Assembly (NCBI RefSeq): GCF_001194135.2
Contig: NC_068982.1
Coordinates: forward strand, 111,972,551-112,036,550
DNA: 64,000 bases
Source of the DNA: Octopus bimaculoides
Lineage: Eukaryota
Direction: 5' to 3'
The notes beneath the pieces are model-generated. The model saw only the letters and a list, made by a program, of their open reading frames with translations, made no database searches and had not been told where the DNA came from. How positions within the stretch are numbered: the first letter of the stretch is position 1; each line of letters opens with the position of its first letter. Below are positions 40,100-54,319 of this stretch, one piece after another. The position numbers were made by a program, and so were the translations under genes.

Positions 40100-40572
40100 A
40101 AGCACGTCTGAACGCTTGAATCCTTTACTCCCCCTCAGCACACAACCTAAGTAATTCCCCCTCTTTTTCTTATTTTTCTTTCATGTTCTCGCTCAAGCTA
40201 GGCAGCATATATGTACGTGGCCTGGGATCGGCTTGGAAGCAAGGATACTTGCTCAACGATCTCAGACCAATGGATTTGGATGTAATAGTCATATGAGACT
40301 AACTTGAGCGTGAATTCCTAAGTCTTATCCGAGCGACCAGTTTGGCTCGTGGCTTGTGGTGTCTCCACGTCCAACCCAGCATGCTCCTCCTTTCGGTGTA
40401 CCACCTTGTTATCCTCATTTATATTTAAACTTTTTCAAACTTCACGCTTGTTACCACTGTTTACACGCTATCACTTTGTTATTTTATTTTGTTATCGATT
40501 ATATGCATGACCCCACCCTGTCTGTCCTGTACTTGTCCCTCTGTGTAAAGCCCTTAGTGGCCAATAAAGAAC
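40100..40572 (+). mobile_element. Internally deleted L1/Tx1-like LINE: ORF2 endonuclease N-terminus joined to a 3' end
   Basis: ATG at 40183 gives MFSLKLGSIYVRGLGSAWKQGYLLNDLRPMDLDVIVI*, resembling the APE N-terminal motif ++S+NVRGL...K...+...D++.+QET. It then switches to C/T-rich 3' UTR-like sequence ending in AATAAA (40563-40568). Confidence 0.6.
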
Positions 40573-40669
40573 AGAATTGAATTTCTTGCCGAACAATCAC
40601 GCAGATGATTTGTATATAATGATTAAATATTTGTGTACACATAAGCTCACTTCCTCCATCAAATCGACA

Positions 40670-40833
40670 TTACCAGTACAGGTGCACCGTGTGCCACATG
40701 TCATGACGAAATGATCACAGAGGAACATGAAATGAAGTAGTTTGCTCTAGAATACAACGGAACGCCCGGTCTGGGAATCGAACCCACGATCTCGCAATCA
40801 TGAGTGCAACACTCTAACTACTAAGCTTTGCGC
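40670..40833 (-). mobile_element. tRNA-derived SINE
   Basis: Minus strand head reads ggcgcaaagcttagtagttagagtgttgcactcatgattgcgagatcgtgggttcgattccc (A-box-like and B box GGTTCGATTCC). Confidence 0.7.
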
Positions 40834-40834
40834 C

Positions 40835-40873
<39 letters not shown>

Positions 40874-41116
40874 NNNNNNNNNNNNNNNNNNNNNNNNNNN
40901 NNNNNNNNNNNNNNNNNNNNNNNNNNNNNNNNNNNNNNNNNNNNNNNNNNNNNNNNNNNNNNNNNNNNNNNNNNNNNNNNNNNNNNNNNNNNNNNNNNNN
41001 NNNNNNNNNNNNNNNNNNNNNNNNNNNNNNNNNNNNNNNNNNNNNNNNNNNNNNNNNNNNNNNNNNNNNNNNNNNNNNNNNNNNNNNNNNNNNNNNNNNN
41101 NNNNNNNNNNNNNNNN

Positions 41117-41196
<80 letters not shown>

Positions 41197-41439
41197 TATG
41201 CATACACACACGCATATACACACACATGTACATAGGCAAAGCCTTGTAAATGTATATACAGTTGTGTTTATAAAAATGAAACCTTTAGTCTGGTTAAATT
41301 AAATGTATTTCAAATTAGTTATTTGTTTCACAAATAAAATAAGGATGCACTCCGCTTAATACAGAGATGTGAGTAGTGGTGGGCGGTACTTAGATTTATC
41401 TTGTTGACAATAATGGCGTTATTTTTTTTCTGCCGACGT

Positions 41440-41720
41440 CAATAATGATGATAATGATGATGCTGACGAAGACAACGGTGGAAGTGATGATGGTGACGAT
41501 GCTGATGATATTGATGATGATTGTGAAGGTAATGCTGGTGATAATAGTGTTGGTAATTATAATATTGATAATGATAATTAGAAAGATAATGAGAAAGCTG
41601 AGGACAATTATGGTGATGTTGATGATAATGATTATGGTTTTCGCGATTATAATGGATTATGACTGTAGCGGTAGTAGTTGTGGTGGTGTTGGTGGTGTTG
41701 GGAAATGGTGCTAATATGAA
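41440..41720. repeat. Degenerate (GAT/GGT)n trinucleotide tract
   Basis: Directly visible; explains the His-rich and Met/Ile-rich ORFs. Confidence 0.9.
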
Positions 41721-41855
41721 GATTATCATTATAAAGTTGTTAGTCATGTAGTTGCACAAGCTGTTCTGACAGCTGCTGCTGCTGAAAATGATGTTGCTGA
41801 TGTTAAGTCTGATGATCGCTGATGGTCGTGGTAATGGTGCCGGCTTAGTTTAGAT

Positions 41856-42090
41856 CAGTGGTTCCTAAACATTTCGGGCTGTTTCCCCGCTAGACACCCA
41901 GGCCACATTCCTAGCGCTACCACCCGCAACTAACCATCACAAACACAGACCTCTTTCTGAAGCAAATTCAAAGCAACGGTATTTCACAAATAAAACTTAA
42001 CTTAATGAACCTATAATTTTGTTGCTTTTACATGAATTACTACCCCTTTATCACCCCGTGTGGTGGCGGGTGGGGGGGGGGATCTCGCAA
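41856..42090 (+). mobile_element. Possible hAT (Charlie-like) transposon terminal fragment
   Basis: Starts CAGTGGTTCCTAAAC, resembling the CAGTGGTTCCCAAAC terminus of hAT-Charlie elements; no matching opposite terminus found. Confidence 0.35.
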
Positions 42091-43079
42091 TATCTTATTA
42101 ATGGAGATTTGGTCCGAATGCTTCCAACAGAAGTTGCTGGTGTATACTTAAAAGAACTTGGAAAATTAAAAGGCAAACAAAAGGATTTGCTTGTCTTTTA
42201 AGGATTTGAACTCGGATCGTAAAGGAATATATTGCAAATCATGTTGCCTAGTCTTGATATATTTATATTATTGATTTCTTACATTGGCACAAGGCCATAC
42301 AATCTGGAGAAGTAGCATCCTGGTGAATTGTTATTGTACAGCTATGGTAAAAGGAGCGCAGTGTAAAAGTGAGAAAGAAGGAAGGCAGAAATAAAGAGAG
42401 AGTGAAAGAGAGAGACAGAGAGGGAGAGAGAGAGAGACAGAGAGAGAGAGACAGAGAGAGAGAGAAGGAGAAAGAGAGGAGAGTACATTGAACGTAAAAT
42501 TATCTAAAACCATTATTTTTTATTCTCATCAAAGCATAGTAAAAGCATCAATTCGAAACATAAAAGATAATGTACTAAGCCAACTAGTTGTCATTTTTTT
42601 TATCATTTACACATTTACTCGTTAGTATTTGAAATATATATTTTTGAAGAGGAATATTAACTATTCTGTCTACCAGAGTGTGTATACCTGTACATATACA
42701 AGTCTTTCTGCCGGAACTGTGTCAACTAGCGACACATCTATATCATTGCTGGTTTTGTCTTCTTTCTGGTATTAATAGAATTCCTTTTGAATATTACATT
42801 TTCTTTGATTCAGACTCATGTCTTAATATCCGGTCTTCAAATACTTGCCTACGTAACAGACTTTTAATACTCACTCCATAAATATCTTTTACCTCCATTT
42901 AGCTTCTGCCTACACAACCTACCACCACTCATAACTCATAAACTTTTCATACGTTTGGTTAATCCATTAATATTCTTTTCAATTTAGACCTCTTCCATTA
43001 ATAATCAAACGTTTAATGAATTGATGTTCGACTCACCGTATCGGATAGGTAGATATTCAGTTTTCTAGAATGTTCTATT

Positions 43080-43380
43080 TTGTTGGAAATCTTATTGACA
43101 TATCGGACAACTATTCCATCCGTCATCTATATTAATATCCGAACCACCACGACTATCAAGACCACATTCGAACGGACAACAAAGAATGATTTCAGTCTAT
43201 CAATAAGACGTCTTCAAAACTATAGACACTTGTATTCAATGGAGATCCCCACCCAACCGCAACACTGCCTAATCTATCCACTGACCTTATATTGTTGCCA
43301 CAAATTCAGTACATCGTTGATGACTAAACAGCTTGGTACACAAACTCCTTCAGTCAACATATTTCAATTCCAATAGTGTT
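43080..43380 (+). mobile_element. Possible heavily decayed LINE apurinic endonuclease fragment
   Basis: One frame with stops reads NHH..DHIRTD...IN..S..L...GD..PT.....S.DL.......W.....SQHISIPI, loosely matching the NAHH...PT...S.PD...W...SDH.PI pattern. Confidence 0.3.
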
Positions 43381-45342
43381 ATAGTATTGTTGTTATATTA
43401 ATGTACAGCTTCAGGACATGAAGACATTTCTATAGTAATATGTGTTACTATTGAGATAATTTTTTCAATACACATTTCAATAAATTTCACCTAGAGGCTA
43501 GATTTTCGAGTCTTTTTATAAAATTTACGTTGACTCATAAATGAACAAAGAGATACGTTGATAAATGTTTTATGCTGAGACATATATTAAATCTATCCTA
43601 CTGATGGTGATTACAAAGATAGTCTAAAACGATCTATTTCAATGTCTCATTTTATATAACAATCTAACACTTGCCATTTAGTAAAGATAACACCTGAAAC
43701 CTATAAAACATCTCAAGGAGTACAAGCAAATCTTGTTGACCCCCATCGTAAACAAAAGAAAACACACAGAATGTATGCGCTAGGTATTCGTGTACGTGTT
43801 TTATATTAGCATTTTTTGATACACATGATTTTATAAATAAATAGTAGTATTATAGAATATATGTGAAAACATAATTATGATAAATAAAGAATTGATTAGA
43901 AATTCTCAGTTATCTTTATGACTTGAAAATAGCATTAATCTTGTGACATTTATACAAATTAAAAGAATAGTTGGCTTAGTCATGATTCGAACTTTTATTT
44001 ATGTGGCATATTAAATGTATGATTGTTTGAATTAAGTGAGCTTTCTTTGATGAATTTCCGTTTCGGTTCATTTGCATGATAGGATTTCCGGTGAACGAGT
44101 AAATTAGGTCATCAAACAGCATTCTTTTCGGGCTTCATCAAATTCAGACTCTTCGTAGCATATGTATTATATGTCTGTTTGAGTATGGATGTGGTTTTTT
44201 TTTGTGTGTGTGTGTGTGTAGTTAGAAAGATACAGTACAAAGATGAATTGATGGTAGGAAAAATTGCAAAGCCACTAGAAGTGGAGTAAGTTTTCTTTTT
44301 CGTGGGAATTATAACAAATTCCATTTATCTAGTTTAGTTATGCAATTATGATATATTAGGGAAATGTATCGGAATAATTTTAGAATTTTCGAGATTATTT
44401 TAGAATAATATCTGTATAAAATATAGTAGAAGTGAAATCACTCACATGTACTTAAAACTGTTGCAAAATGTTCGGCTTAGCTTCAGAATATAATTAATGA
44501 ACTTGTTAACGCAAAACTCTCTTTGGTTATCAAAATGCTCTCCAGATCAAGAAACTTTTAACATCTTCACTTATAATAATGGTGCTTTCTTCAGCATTCA
44601 TTCCGAAAGAAAATTGAGTTATGTAGAAAATGACAAAAGGACCAAGATAAGAAAAATTATATGGTATAAATATTCGACACTTAATTAAAGAAACATTTAC
44701 TCCAAACACAAATACTACAAAATATATATAAAAAATTGCATTAAAATTTTATGTTCAATCATATGCTTTATAAACTGTAAATGACAACTGAAAGGTATTG
44801 TTCGCCAGGCAACAAGGGAAACTAATAATCCATCAATGATATATATTAGTCTCATCTCATATCATTTGATTTTTAGATATCACAAGTATACTTTCATGTT
44901 CTGCAACCTCGACGGTAGTACTGACGCAATACTCTCTTAAATTCATATAAGGATTGGAAACAGAACCCTTTTATTATATCGTTAAATGGAAAATCCCTGT
45001 GCTCACTCATTATTATACAACGAAAAAAAAAAACTCGCTGACTGGACAATTGAAAAGTTTGAAAATACTATTTGTTAAAGAAATGCACCTTAACAGATAT
45101 CGTGAATGTTTACGTTTTTGCTACACAGAATATTCAAAATTTTGTTTTAATCGTTTGATATACTCTAAATGATAAACTCAGATGCAACACCTTCGTAATA
45201 ATACATTATAAGTATTTCAGAATGGAATATATGCAATTTTATCTTCTTTAATCAATTATTTGAAAAACTTTAATATAAATTTATTTTGAGCTATTTATTC
45301 TAGTTAGTGTAGTTTTCAGTTCTAACGAGCAAACACAAACTC

Positions 45343-45423
<81 letters not shown>

Positions 45424-47064
45424 TACACACACATATATTTGTGTATGTATGTGTGTAAGAGTGTGTGTTTATACGAAGAAGTGTATATGCAAATGTATAA
45501 TTATTAACCATCTTAATAGATATATTTGAGGATATAAAAGCAATATAATCGGGAATGTAGGGTTCGAAACTATAATATACCCTGCTTGTTAAGTGATCTG
45601 CTCGTTTGAGGCCAACTGTATTATGCCTAAGCTACTTTCTTCGTCTGAAATTCCGAATGCAAGCAATAGACGTTAACAAATGAAGTTAAGAGAAGTTGCT
45701 TGAGAATTCCTTAGTTTGGCAAATGTTTCATCGACCGTAAAGAGAACTAATACAATTACTAAAGAGAGTTCCATGAAGAATGCTTATTTAGTGAGATATG
45801 AGAATGAAAGCATTGCCAATCAATCTATTAGAGCGGAAGTCATTCTCGTGTTATGGTAGCTAATTACATCTAACTGTGTGTCTAATGTAGTGGATTGCAG
45901 GACATTTCTATATCATTGCAAACTCAGATATTTTAGAAGGATTCTATGGTAACGATTTCGGAATTATTTCTAGGAATTTTTATGAAATATTAGAAGAAAG
46001 AATGATGAAAGTATAATCTTAATATTGATTAATCAGTAAAGAGCTTAGAGAATAATGTTTATTACTATCTTTAAAGTATGTTTTATCCTCTGAATTTTTA
46101 TCATAATTGTTCACAGCGGGTGAGAAGAACTGGGAAATATTGGAGAGCGAGGAACGACATTTTTACAGCGTTTAGTTTATTCTTTTACAATGTGAAAATG
46201 CTGCTAAACTCAAGATTTACCTTTCAGTGACGAATGAAATAATTGTAGAAACTCCAGTAATACATTGGTGTCAAAGCAAATAAATACGCTCCTTCTCTTG
46301 AGAAAACTAACGCCATACGGGTGCATCTGCGTGAGTGCATGTACGTGTGTGAGTGCATGTGTGTATTTTGCCTGTGTCTTGTCAAAGGAAATCAATGGTA
46401 TCGATTCACAAGAAGGTAACATGTTACGTCATATCTTTTTCGTGAATGGTAATGGTGATGTGACACAATGAGGCAGACAGGTTGAATACACGTGTGTCGA
46501 TAGTGATAATACACATTCGCTTGATTTACTGTGGACATTGACTCAACGAAGGAATGTATCAAGAATTCTACCCAGTATAAAATCTTTTATGGTAGCAATG
46601 ATACTTTAAACATGATATATGTAGAACTATTGACAAAAGGTAAGCCTAACAGTGTATAGATATTGATTTATTTGTCACAAGATTACATATTTAACAGAGA
46701 ATGCAATGTGAGGCTCATGTCTTTATCAAGGGCATACGTGATCTGCCTTATGCATACTTACACAAAATGGAGTTAATTTCAAACAAGAATCAACAGTGAT
46801 TTACAAACGCGATTCGTTTCAAACTTATCTATTCTTTACAGTATTTGTCACATGCCAATCTAGATACTGACAAAGGAAGGATCAGAATTTTGTATTGTCA
46901 ATAATACAAGTACATACATAAATATATAAACATACGTACTCACATACAAATATCATATAATATATTATATTCATATTCACGTATGTATATTAGTTATAAT
47001 ATAATATTAAATATATACGTATATGTGTATGTATGTGCATATGTATGCAGGTATATATGTATGC

Positions 47065-47124
<60 letters not shown>

Positions 47125-47231
47125 TTACTTATATAGATATGAATGCACATATATATTCACAATCATGTATTTATATATGATTGAGTAGGTATAGGCGCTT
47201 GCGTATATGTTTACACACCACATACACACAG

Positions 47232-47267
<36 letters not shown>

Positions 47268-47270
47268 TTT

Positions 47271-47310
<40 letters not shown>

Positions 47311-48436
47311 TGTGTGTGTGTGTGTGAAAGGATATATTCACGTAGGTGTACACTTGCCTCCGTATGCGTGCGTGCTTGTGTACTTCTGCATATTCAAAAC
47401 TACTAGAGTATTATGCAGTTCTTCTTATATTTTCTCTATTATTTATGTTTGGATGTGTTCACTAAAAAAAGCTAACTAATGCATACACGTCAAGTCATAA
47501 CTAATGACTGTATTGCATGAACTTTACATCTAATACAAATATTGACTCTTTGGTAGATTAAAAGAAGGAAGGATTGTACGGCTCTGTGTGATAGCAAATA
47601 AACGGTGCCATAACGTATATCACTAAGCCACACACCCACTAACATCTACAGTTAGTGAATGTATTTGCTGTGTATACATTACACAGAATTTAGTTCCTTT
47701 TTCTGTTTATTTCCACATGTAGCTGTGTTCATCCAAGATGAGCACACACCGGAAATAGAAACAGAATTAAATGCACATATTTACAGTGAATATATTTAAT
47801 AGATGGTCAATTTTGATACAGAATCAATACATTTGAGGCATATCAGATAAATGTTTATAAACAAGTAGATAATATTTAAGATTTGATAGCGCTATTTAAA
47901 AATGCCTGTAATTTGGGAGTGAGACAAGTAAACTAATGTTTTCCTCTTGATATGGGAGAGCCATAGATCGAACACATACGTCAGTCAAGAATATATATCA
48001 GATATTGTTGATAAGAGATGGAAGTAATTAATTATAAGACTGTAAGTTAAATGGATGGTGTTTAAAGGGATGTTAGATTCAGTTTATCCTTTTATTTAAA
48101 TTACCTTCAATTTATCTTTGTATTTATCGGCAATTGAGTTTTGTCATTTCTCTCACATTAGAAGAGAAAAAAGTAACCGAAATCCAAGTCGTCAGGAGAT
48201 TCCCTACTCCCCTCTTTGTTACGTATATCGAAAGCAGAGAAGAAATTTATTTCCATTGTTATACTTCATTATTATAGATAAAGATTTCTAATGTTTAAAT
48301 TCATTTCAGCAGATCTGATTCATACTGTGTTAAGCATGAAATGTATAATAATTAACGATGAACCGTCTAAGGTACAAATATCCAAATTAACCTATCCTCC
48401 TCAGTAAAGCAGATTAATTCGTGAGAGCTTTATCCT

Positions 48437-48534
48437 GGATACTCAGTGCTGGATACTCAGTGCTGGATACTCAGTGCTGGATACTCAGTGCTGGATACTC
48501 AGTGCTGGATAATCAGTGCTGGATACTCAGTGCT
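48437..48534. repeat. Minisatellite, 7 copies of the 14-bp unit GGATACTCAGTGCT
   Basis: Counted directly; the sixth copy carries one substitution (GGATAATCAGTGCT). Confidence 0.97.
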
Positions 48535-48888
48535 ATCGACTGGGGGTGGGGAAGATTGGGTACGTTATGTTTGGGAAGTCAATAGTCAGGATATCTTTAC
48601 ACCCAGTTGTTTTTCTACACATCGAAAATATGGAAGGGATGTTTAGATTGTTGTAGTTCACTCTCAAAGGTTTTCAGATATTTAAATATATTTCAGTAAT
48701 TACGAGTTACACTACGTTGAGCATAACATATATACATGCAAATATATATATATAAGAATTAAGATATAAACACAAATTGGGCAATCATACTCATACATTC
48801 ATAAATTCGACTTAAAATGCGAATACATATATTAATACATATCGACACATATGAATATTAAAAAAAATATTCATAAAATATAAACATA

Positions 48889-49932
48889 TATATAAATATA
48901 CATAAAAATACATGCAAATAAAACCCATGTTGGATACGTATGGAAGGGAGTGTGAGAAAAGGACAGATAAGATGAGGACTGTAAATTTTTTTTGTACTGA
49001 AGTTAAGAGCGGTTAAGAGGAATAATAGTAGAACAAATTTAGCAAAAAACTTGTAGCTGTAGAGTACTTGAATCATGTTCATTTGCCGGTTCATGTCTTA
49101 GGAAAAATGTGGTGTATAGTGCATAGTAAAAATAGATAACCAAAAAACTAAGGTATATATAGGAAGCACTGTTGGTTTTAAGAGGAGATATAGAGGCCAC
49201 TTAAATTCCTTTATTAAAGTTAAGTATAAAAACTCAACAACTCTCGCCTCATATGTACACCATCTAAGAGATAGCAGCACTGATGATTATTCAGCTTATG
49301 TATAAGGGAATGGTATATCATCCTTAGATCATATATAGTTTAAATACATTAAATAAATTCTCTGATGCGATTCCCTCAAATAGTCCTAAATTCCATTCCA
49401 CTTTCTTGAAAAACTATAGAACCAAACATATTGAAGGACTTGGAAGAGTGCCTACAACTTGAAACCTTTTAGCTCTTAGTACAGTGAAAATTTCATTGTC
49501 CTGTGTTTAGTCAGAATTAAGTCTCAATAGGTTAATGTACTTGTCCCACCATTCCATGCTCTCCACTCATTTGCATACGTAGGGGGAAAATCTGTTTTTA
49601 TATGTATCCATCATTCTGTAAGAGTCAAAAGTGTCAAGAATGTAATTTTATGAGGATACCTTTCCTTTGTAAGATTTATTAATTTTTTCCACCAGAACAT
49701 GAGCTCTAGAAACGGCCGTTGAAAGTGAACCTCCTCGAACTGTATTATATACCTTATATACCATTTATATTTAAAAAAAACACACCGAAGTCTATGGATC
49801 TTTTAATCGAAACTCTTAACCGCTCTTAACTTCAGTTAAAAAAAAAAAATTCAGTACCCTTTTTCTCACACTTCCTTCCACACGTATGCCACATGAGTTG
49901 TATTTACATGTATTTTTATGCATATTTATATA
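48889..49932 (+). mobile_element. 5'-truncated Penelope-like element bracketed by ~120-130-bp inverted repeats
   Basis: 48889-49019 matches the reverse complement of 49813-49932 (e.g. ctgaagttaagagcggttaagag). Between them are GIY-YIG motifs CLRKNVVYSA / KVYIGSTVGFKRRYRGHLNSF..NSTTLASYV (49094-49305) with frameshifts. Confidence 0.8.
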
Positions 49933-50039
49933 CTCTTTTACTCTTTTACTTGTTTCAATCATTTGACTGCGGCCATGCTGGAGCACCACCTTTAGTTGAG
50001 CAAATCGACCTCAAGACTTATTCTTTGTAAGCCTAGTAC
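49932..50039 (-). mobile_element. 3' end of a SINE, same family as 28845-29186
   Basis: Near identity to 28845-28950; runs into an assembly gap. Confidence 0.85.
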
Positions 50040-52923
50040 NNNNNNNNNNNNNNNNNNNNNNNNNNNNNNNNNNNNNNNNNNNNNNNNNNNNNNNNNNNNN
50101 NNNNNNNNNNNNNNNNNNNNNNNNNNNNNNNNNNNNNNNNNNNNNNNNNNNNNNNNNNNNNNNNNNNNNNNNNNNNNNNNNNNNNNNNNNNNNNNNNNNN
50201 NNNNNNNNNNNNNNNNNNNNNNNNNNNNNNNNNNNNNNNNNNNNNNNNNNNNNNNNNNNNNNNNNNNNNNNNNNNNNNNNNNNNNNNNNNNNNNNNNNNN
50301 NNNNNNNNNNNNNNNNNNNNNNNNNNNNNNNNNNNNNNNNNNNNNNNNNNNNNNNNNNNNNNNNNNNNNNNNNNNNNNNNNNNNNNNNNNNNNNNNNNNN
50401 NNNNNNNNNNNNNNNNNNNNNNNNNNNNNNNNNNNNNNNNNNNNNNNNNNNNNNNNNNNNNNNNNNNNNNNNNNNNNNNNNNNNNNNNNNNNNNNNNNNN
50501 NNNNNNNNNNNNNNNNNNNNNNNNNNNNNNNNNNNNNNNNNNNNNNNNNNNNNNNNNNNNNNNNNNNNNNNNNNNNNNNNNNNNNNNNNNNNNNNNNNNN
50601 NNNNNNNNNNNNNNNNNNNNNNNNNNNNNNNNNNNNNNNNNNNNNNNNNNNNNNNNNNNNNNNNNNNNNNNNNNNNNNNNNNNNNNNNNNNNNNNNNNNN
50701 NNNNNNNNNNNNNNNNNNNNNNNNNNNNNNNNNNNNNNNNNNNNNNNNNNNNNNNNNNNNNNNNNNNNNNNNNNNNNNNNNNNNNNNNNNNNNNNNNNNN
50801 NNNNNNNNNNNNNNNNNNNNNNNNNNNNNNNNNNNNNNNNNNNNNNNNNNNNNNNNNNNNNNNNNNNNNNNNNNNNNNNNNNNNNNNNNNNNNNNNNNNN
50901 NNNNNNNNNNNNNNNNNNNNNNTATATATATATATATATATATATATAATACATTACTTTCATATATCTATATGTGTGAATGTGTATATTTGCATACAAT
51001 CATTCATTCATACATACATGTATGTATAAACATTCCAACGCACATATACACTAACATGTACCTATGTAAACAAGCATGTATGCATGTACACATGCATGTT
51101 TACAGTGACACGATATGGTATGTACGCAGTATAACTTCACACACAATGATATAAATACCAAAATAGCTATGTACTAACTGTGACAAAATGTCAGGAAAAA
51201 GATAGATTAACTGACAGGCAGGCAGTCAGCCAGGTAGAGAGCTAGATTACTGCATTGATGGATAGAAGGAGGGTTAAATAACTAGGGAAATAGAGGGATA
51301 GGGAGGAGAAATATATAGAAGAAAGAAGTAACAGAAACGTGTAAGATCGAAATGTCTGAAGGTATATAGCATGAAAGAAAAAAGAAAAGAGCTATACATG
51401 AATAACAAAACGGAAAGGAAAAAATAAAAGTTGCCAAAAAATATATTAAAAGGTATTAATAAGAATACTAAAGAGAATAGGTAGAAAAAAAAAGGAGAGT
51501 AAGACAATACTTTGAGATGTTGCTGGAATTATTGACATGTATATGTGATCAAACTTCTTACATACGTGCGCGCGCACTCAAGCTTACACCATATATATAC
51601 ATTATTGTTCTTTAATATATATATATACGTAATATATATAGAGAGTACGTAATATTAGACTGAGACCGGGATAAGCTCGCCTCTTTTCATCTCTTTTCAT
51701 GATTTTGGCTGCTTGTGTGTGTATATGTATGTATACATATATATATATATATATATATACGCATATATACATGTATATATATGCATATATATATATATAT
51801 NNNNNNNNNNNNNNNNNNNNNNNNNNNNNNNNNNNNNNNNNNNNNNNNNNNNNNNNNNNNNNNNNNNNNNNNNNNNNNNNNNNNNNNNNNNNNNNNNNNN
51901 NNNNNNNNNNNNNNNNNNNNNNNNNNNNNNNNNNNNNNNNNNNNNNNNNNNNNNNNNNNNNNNNNNNNNNNNNNNNNNNNNNNNNNNNNNNNNNNNNNNN
52001 NNNNNNNNNNNNNNNNNNNNNNNNNNNNNNNNNNNNNNNNNNNNNNNNNNNNNNNNNNNNNNNNNNNNNNNNNNNNNNNNNNNNNNNNNNNNNNNNNNNN
52101 NNNNNNNNNNNNNTGTGCGCTATGTCAAATCATTATGGAAATGATAGGTTCACAGACCCTAATACATGAATATTTTATAAATATATACAAATTTAAATAT
52201 GGACCTGTTAATGAATAATTTTCTAATTTCAATGTTATTTGAACCCCCCAGTTTCAAACGTACGATAAGGAATTTAACTGAGGACGTTGAACAAATATAT
52301 AGTGCTTATAATTTGTTTTCTGAGGAAGATAACTAAGAAAGAGAGAGAGAGAGACAGAAACGGAGTGGGAGTGAAGAATCATGACTTTGTGTGTGTGTGT
52401 GCGTGTGTGTGTGTGTGTGTGCATGTGTGTGCGTGATATGCGTATGAGGCAGTGTGAGGAGAAAACGGTGCTGATGAAAGAGAAAAACGTGGCAGAAACA
52501 GTAAAATAAGACAAAAACGAAACGGAAGGAAAAATAACGTTTCTGTACCTTACGTAAAATTGCTATTTACGACCACTCCATTACAACTATCAGCCTTTCA
52601 GTGTCTTTTTGTTGCATTTCCTCTGGTTCACCTCAGAATAGTACGGTTATGGTATTTCTTTCTATATGTTTTATTTCATTATCTTGAGATAATTTCAAGG
52701 AATGGCAAGATTATTTCATGGCAGTATCGATATGAAGACACTTGCACGCACACACACACACACACACATCTATCTATCGATGTCTTTCTGCATCTCTCTC
52801 TCATATATATATGTGTATATATATGTGTATATATATGTGTGCGTGTGTGTGAGTGTATATATGTTTATATATATATAAGTATGTATATATATGTATATAT
52901 ATGTATGTATATATATAGGTATG

Positions 52924-52954
<31 letters not shown>

Positions 52955-52987
52955 GTATATATAGACATACACACACATGCACACGTA

Positions 52988-53039
<52 letters not shown>

Positions 53040-54319
53040 AATATAGATGACTATTATTTGCAAGTTAGTGAAAATAGTACTGAGTACAATTAAGCGAGTA
53101 CTGAGCACTCCTGGTGGGATTTGATTGGCTTGTTGATGTTGATGTTTTTACACCGGACACCCATAGCTGAGCCGTCCTGTGATTCAAAGCCTCCCCATCC
53201 TAATATTCCAACCACTTTTGAAACAATAGAATGTTATGTAATGGTAATTTTGCTGCTAAATCTAGAAGGTCTAATGACCGCATAATAGTTCAAGCAGAGA
53301 TGTTAATAACTTAGGCGTATGTTTGATTGTGTAAACCTTATTTTGAAAAGTATTCGAGCCATGAATGTTTCGACTTTTCAGGCGTAATTTTACTTTGAAT
53401 ACATAACTCATTGCATGTTTTCTTCTCGAAGACCTTACATTGTGACTTGACCGGTTTTGGCTGCTATTTCCAGCACACCTTAAGATGACATGACGATCCT
53501 TTTCTCGTCTACGTGGCTCAGTAGAATTTGCTAATGGGTATACATGAGAAAGAATTATGTGTGCCTGTGCCTCCGAGCACATATGATTAATGTACGTGGA
53601 GTAGCTAAATCGATACAGTGCCGTAGAAAACACTGTGGTATATAAGTTACGTCATTACATTCAGACCTCACTGACATGAATCTTGTCCTTTCGAGGTCGA
53701 TAAAATACACAAATGTTATGAATTATGACCGATATACTTGACTATTCCATTCCACATGATCTATATTCACGGAGAAACAAAATTAAAAAAATTAATTTGT
53801 CTGAATATATTATTGCTAATTTGCGTATTTCTATATCCCATCTCGTGATGTGCCTACATCTAGTTTTATATATATATTATATGTATGTATGCATGTGTGC
53901 GTGTGTGTGTAGTTCAAATTTACGGAAAACAAAAGAAAACAGGTGAAGGAACAACTAGAAGGTGTATTTGTTTGACGCTGGGGAATAATGGAACAATCTT
54001 TGACGTTTCGAGCCTACGCTCTTCGACAGACAGGATTGAGAAGAAAATGGGGCGAGAACGAAAACACATACATATATGAAGACTGGTGCATTAGTTCGTA
54101 TCCTTATAATTCCAACAAACATGTCCAAACCTATACATATGTGTATGTATGTATGCGTGGGTGTGTATATATATATGTGTTCTCCTCATGTATAATAACA
54201 ATAATAATTGATTCATTTGTATGCATGTATGGACATTTGTGTATGCACATTTAAATGTACATATATGTATTTTTGTATTTATGTTTATTTATGTATATCT
54301 ATGTATATGCTAAAGTATG

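Noticed and set aside
48437-48534. CRISPR-like appearance of the 14-bp repeat
   Set aside because: No spacers, and the context is eukaryotic.
53271-53633. 120-aa non-repetitive minus-strand ORF with a possible internal exon (about 53439-53531)
   Set aside because: No homology recognised, non-ATG start, and splice signals are not exceptional for AT-rich DNA.
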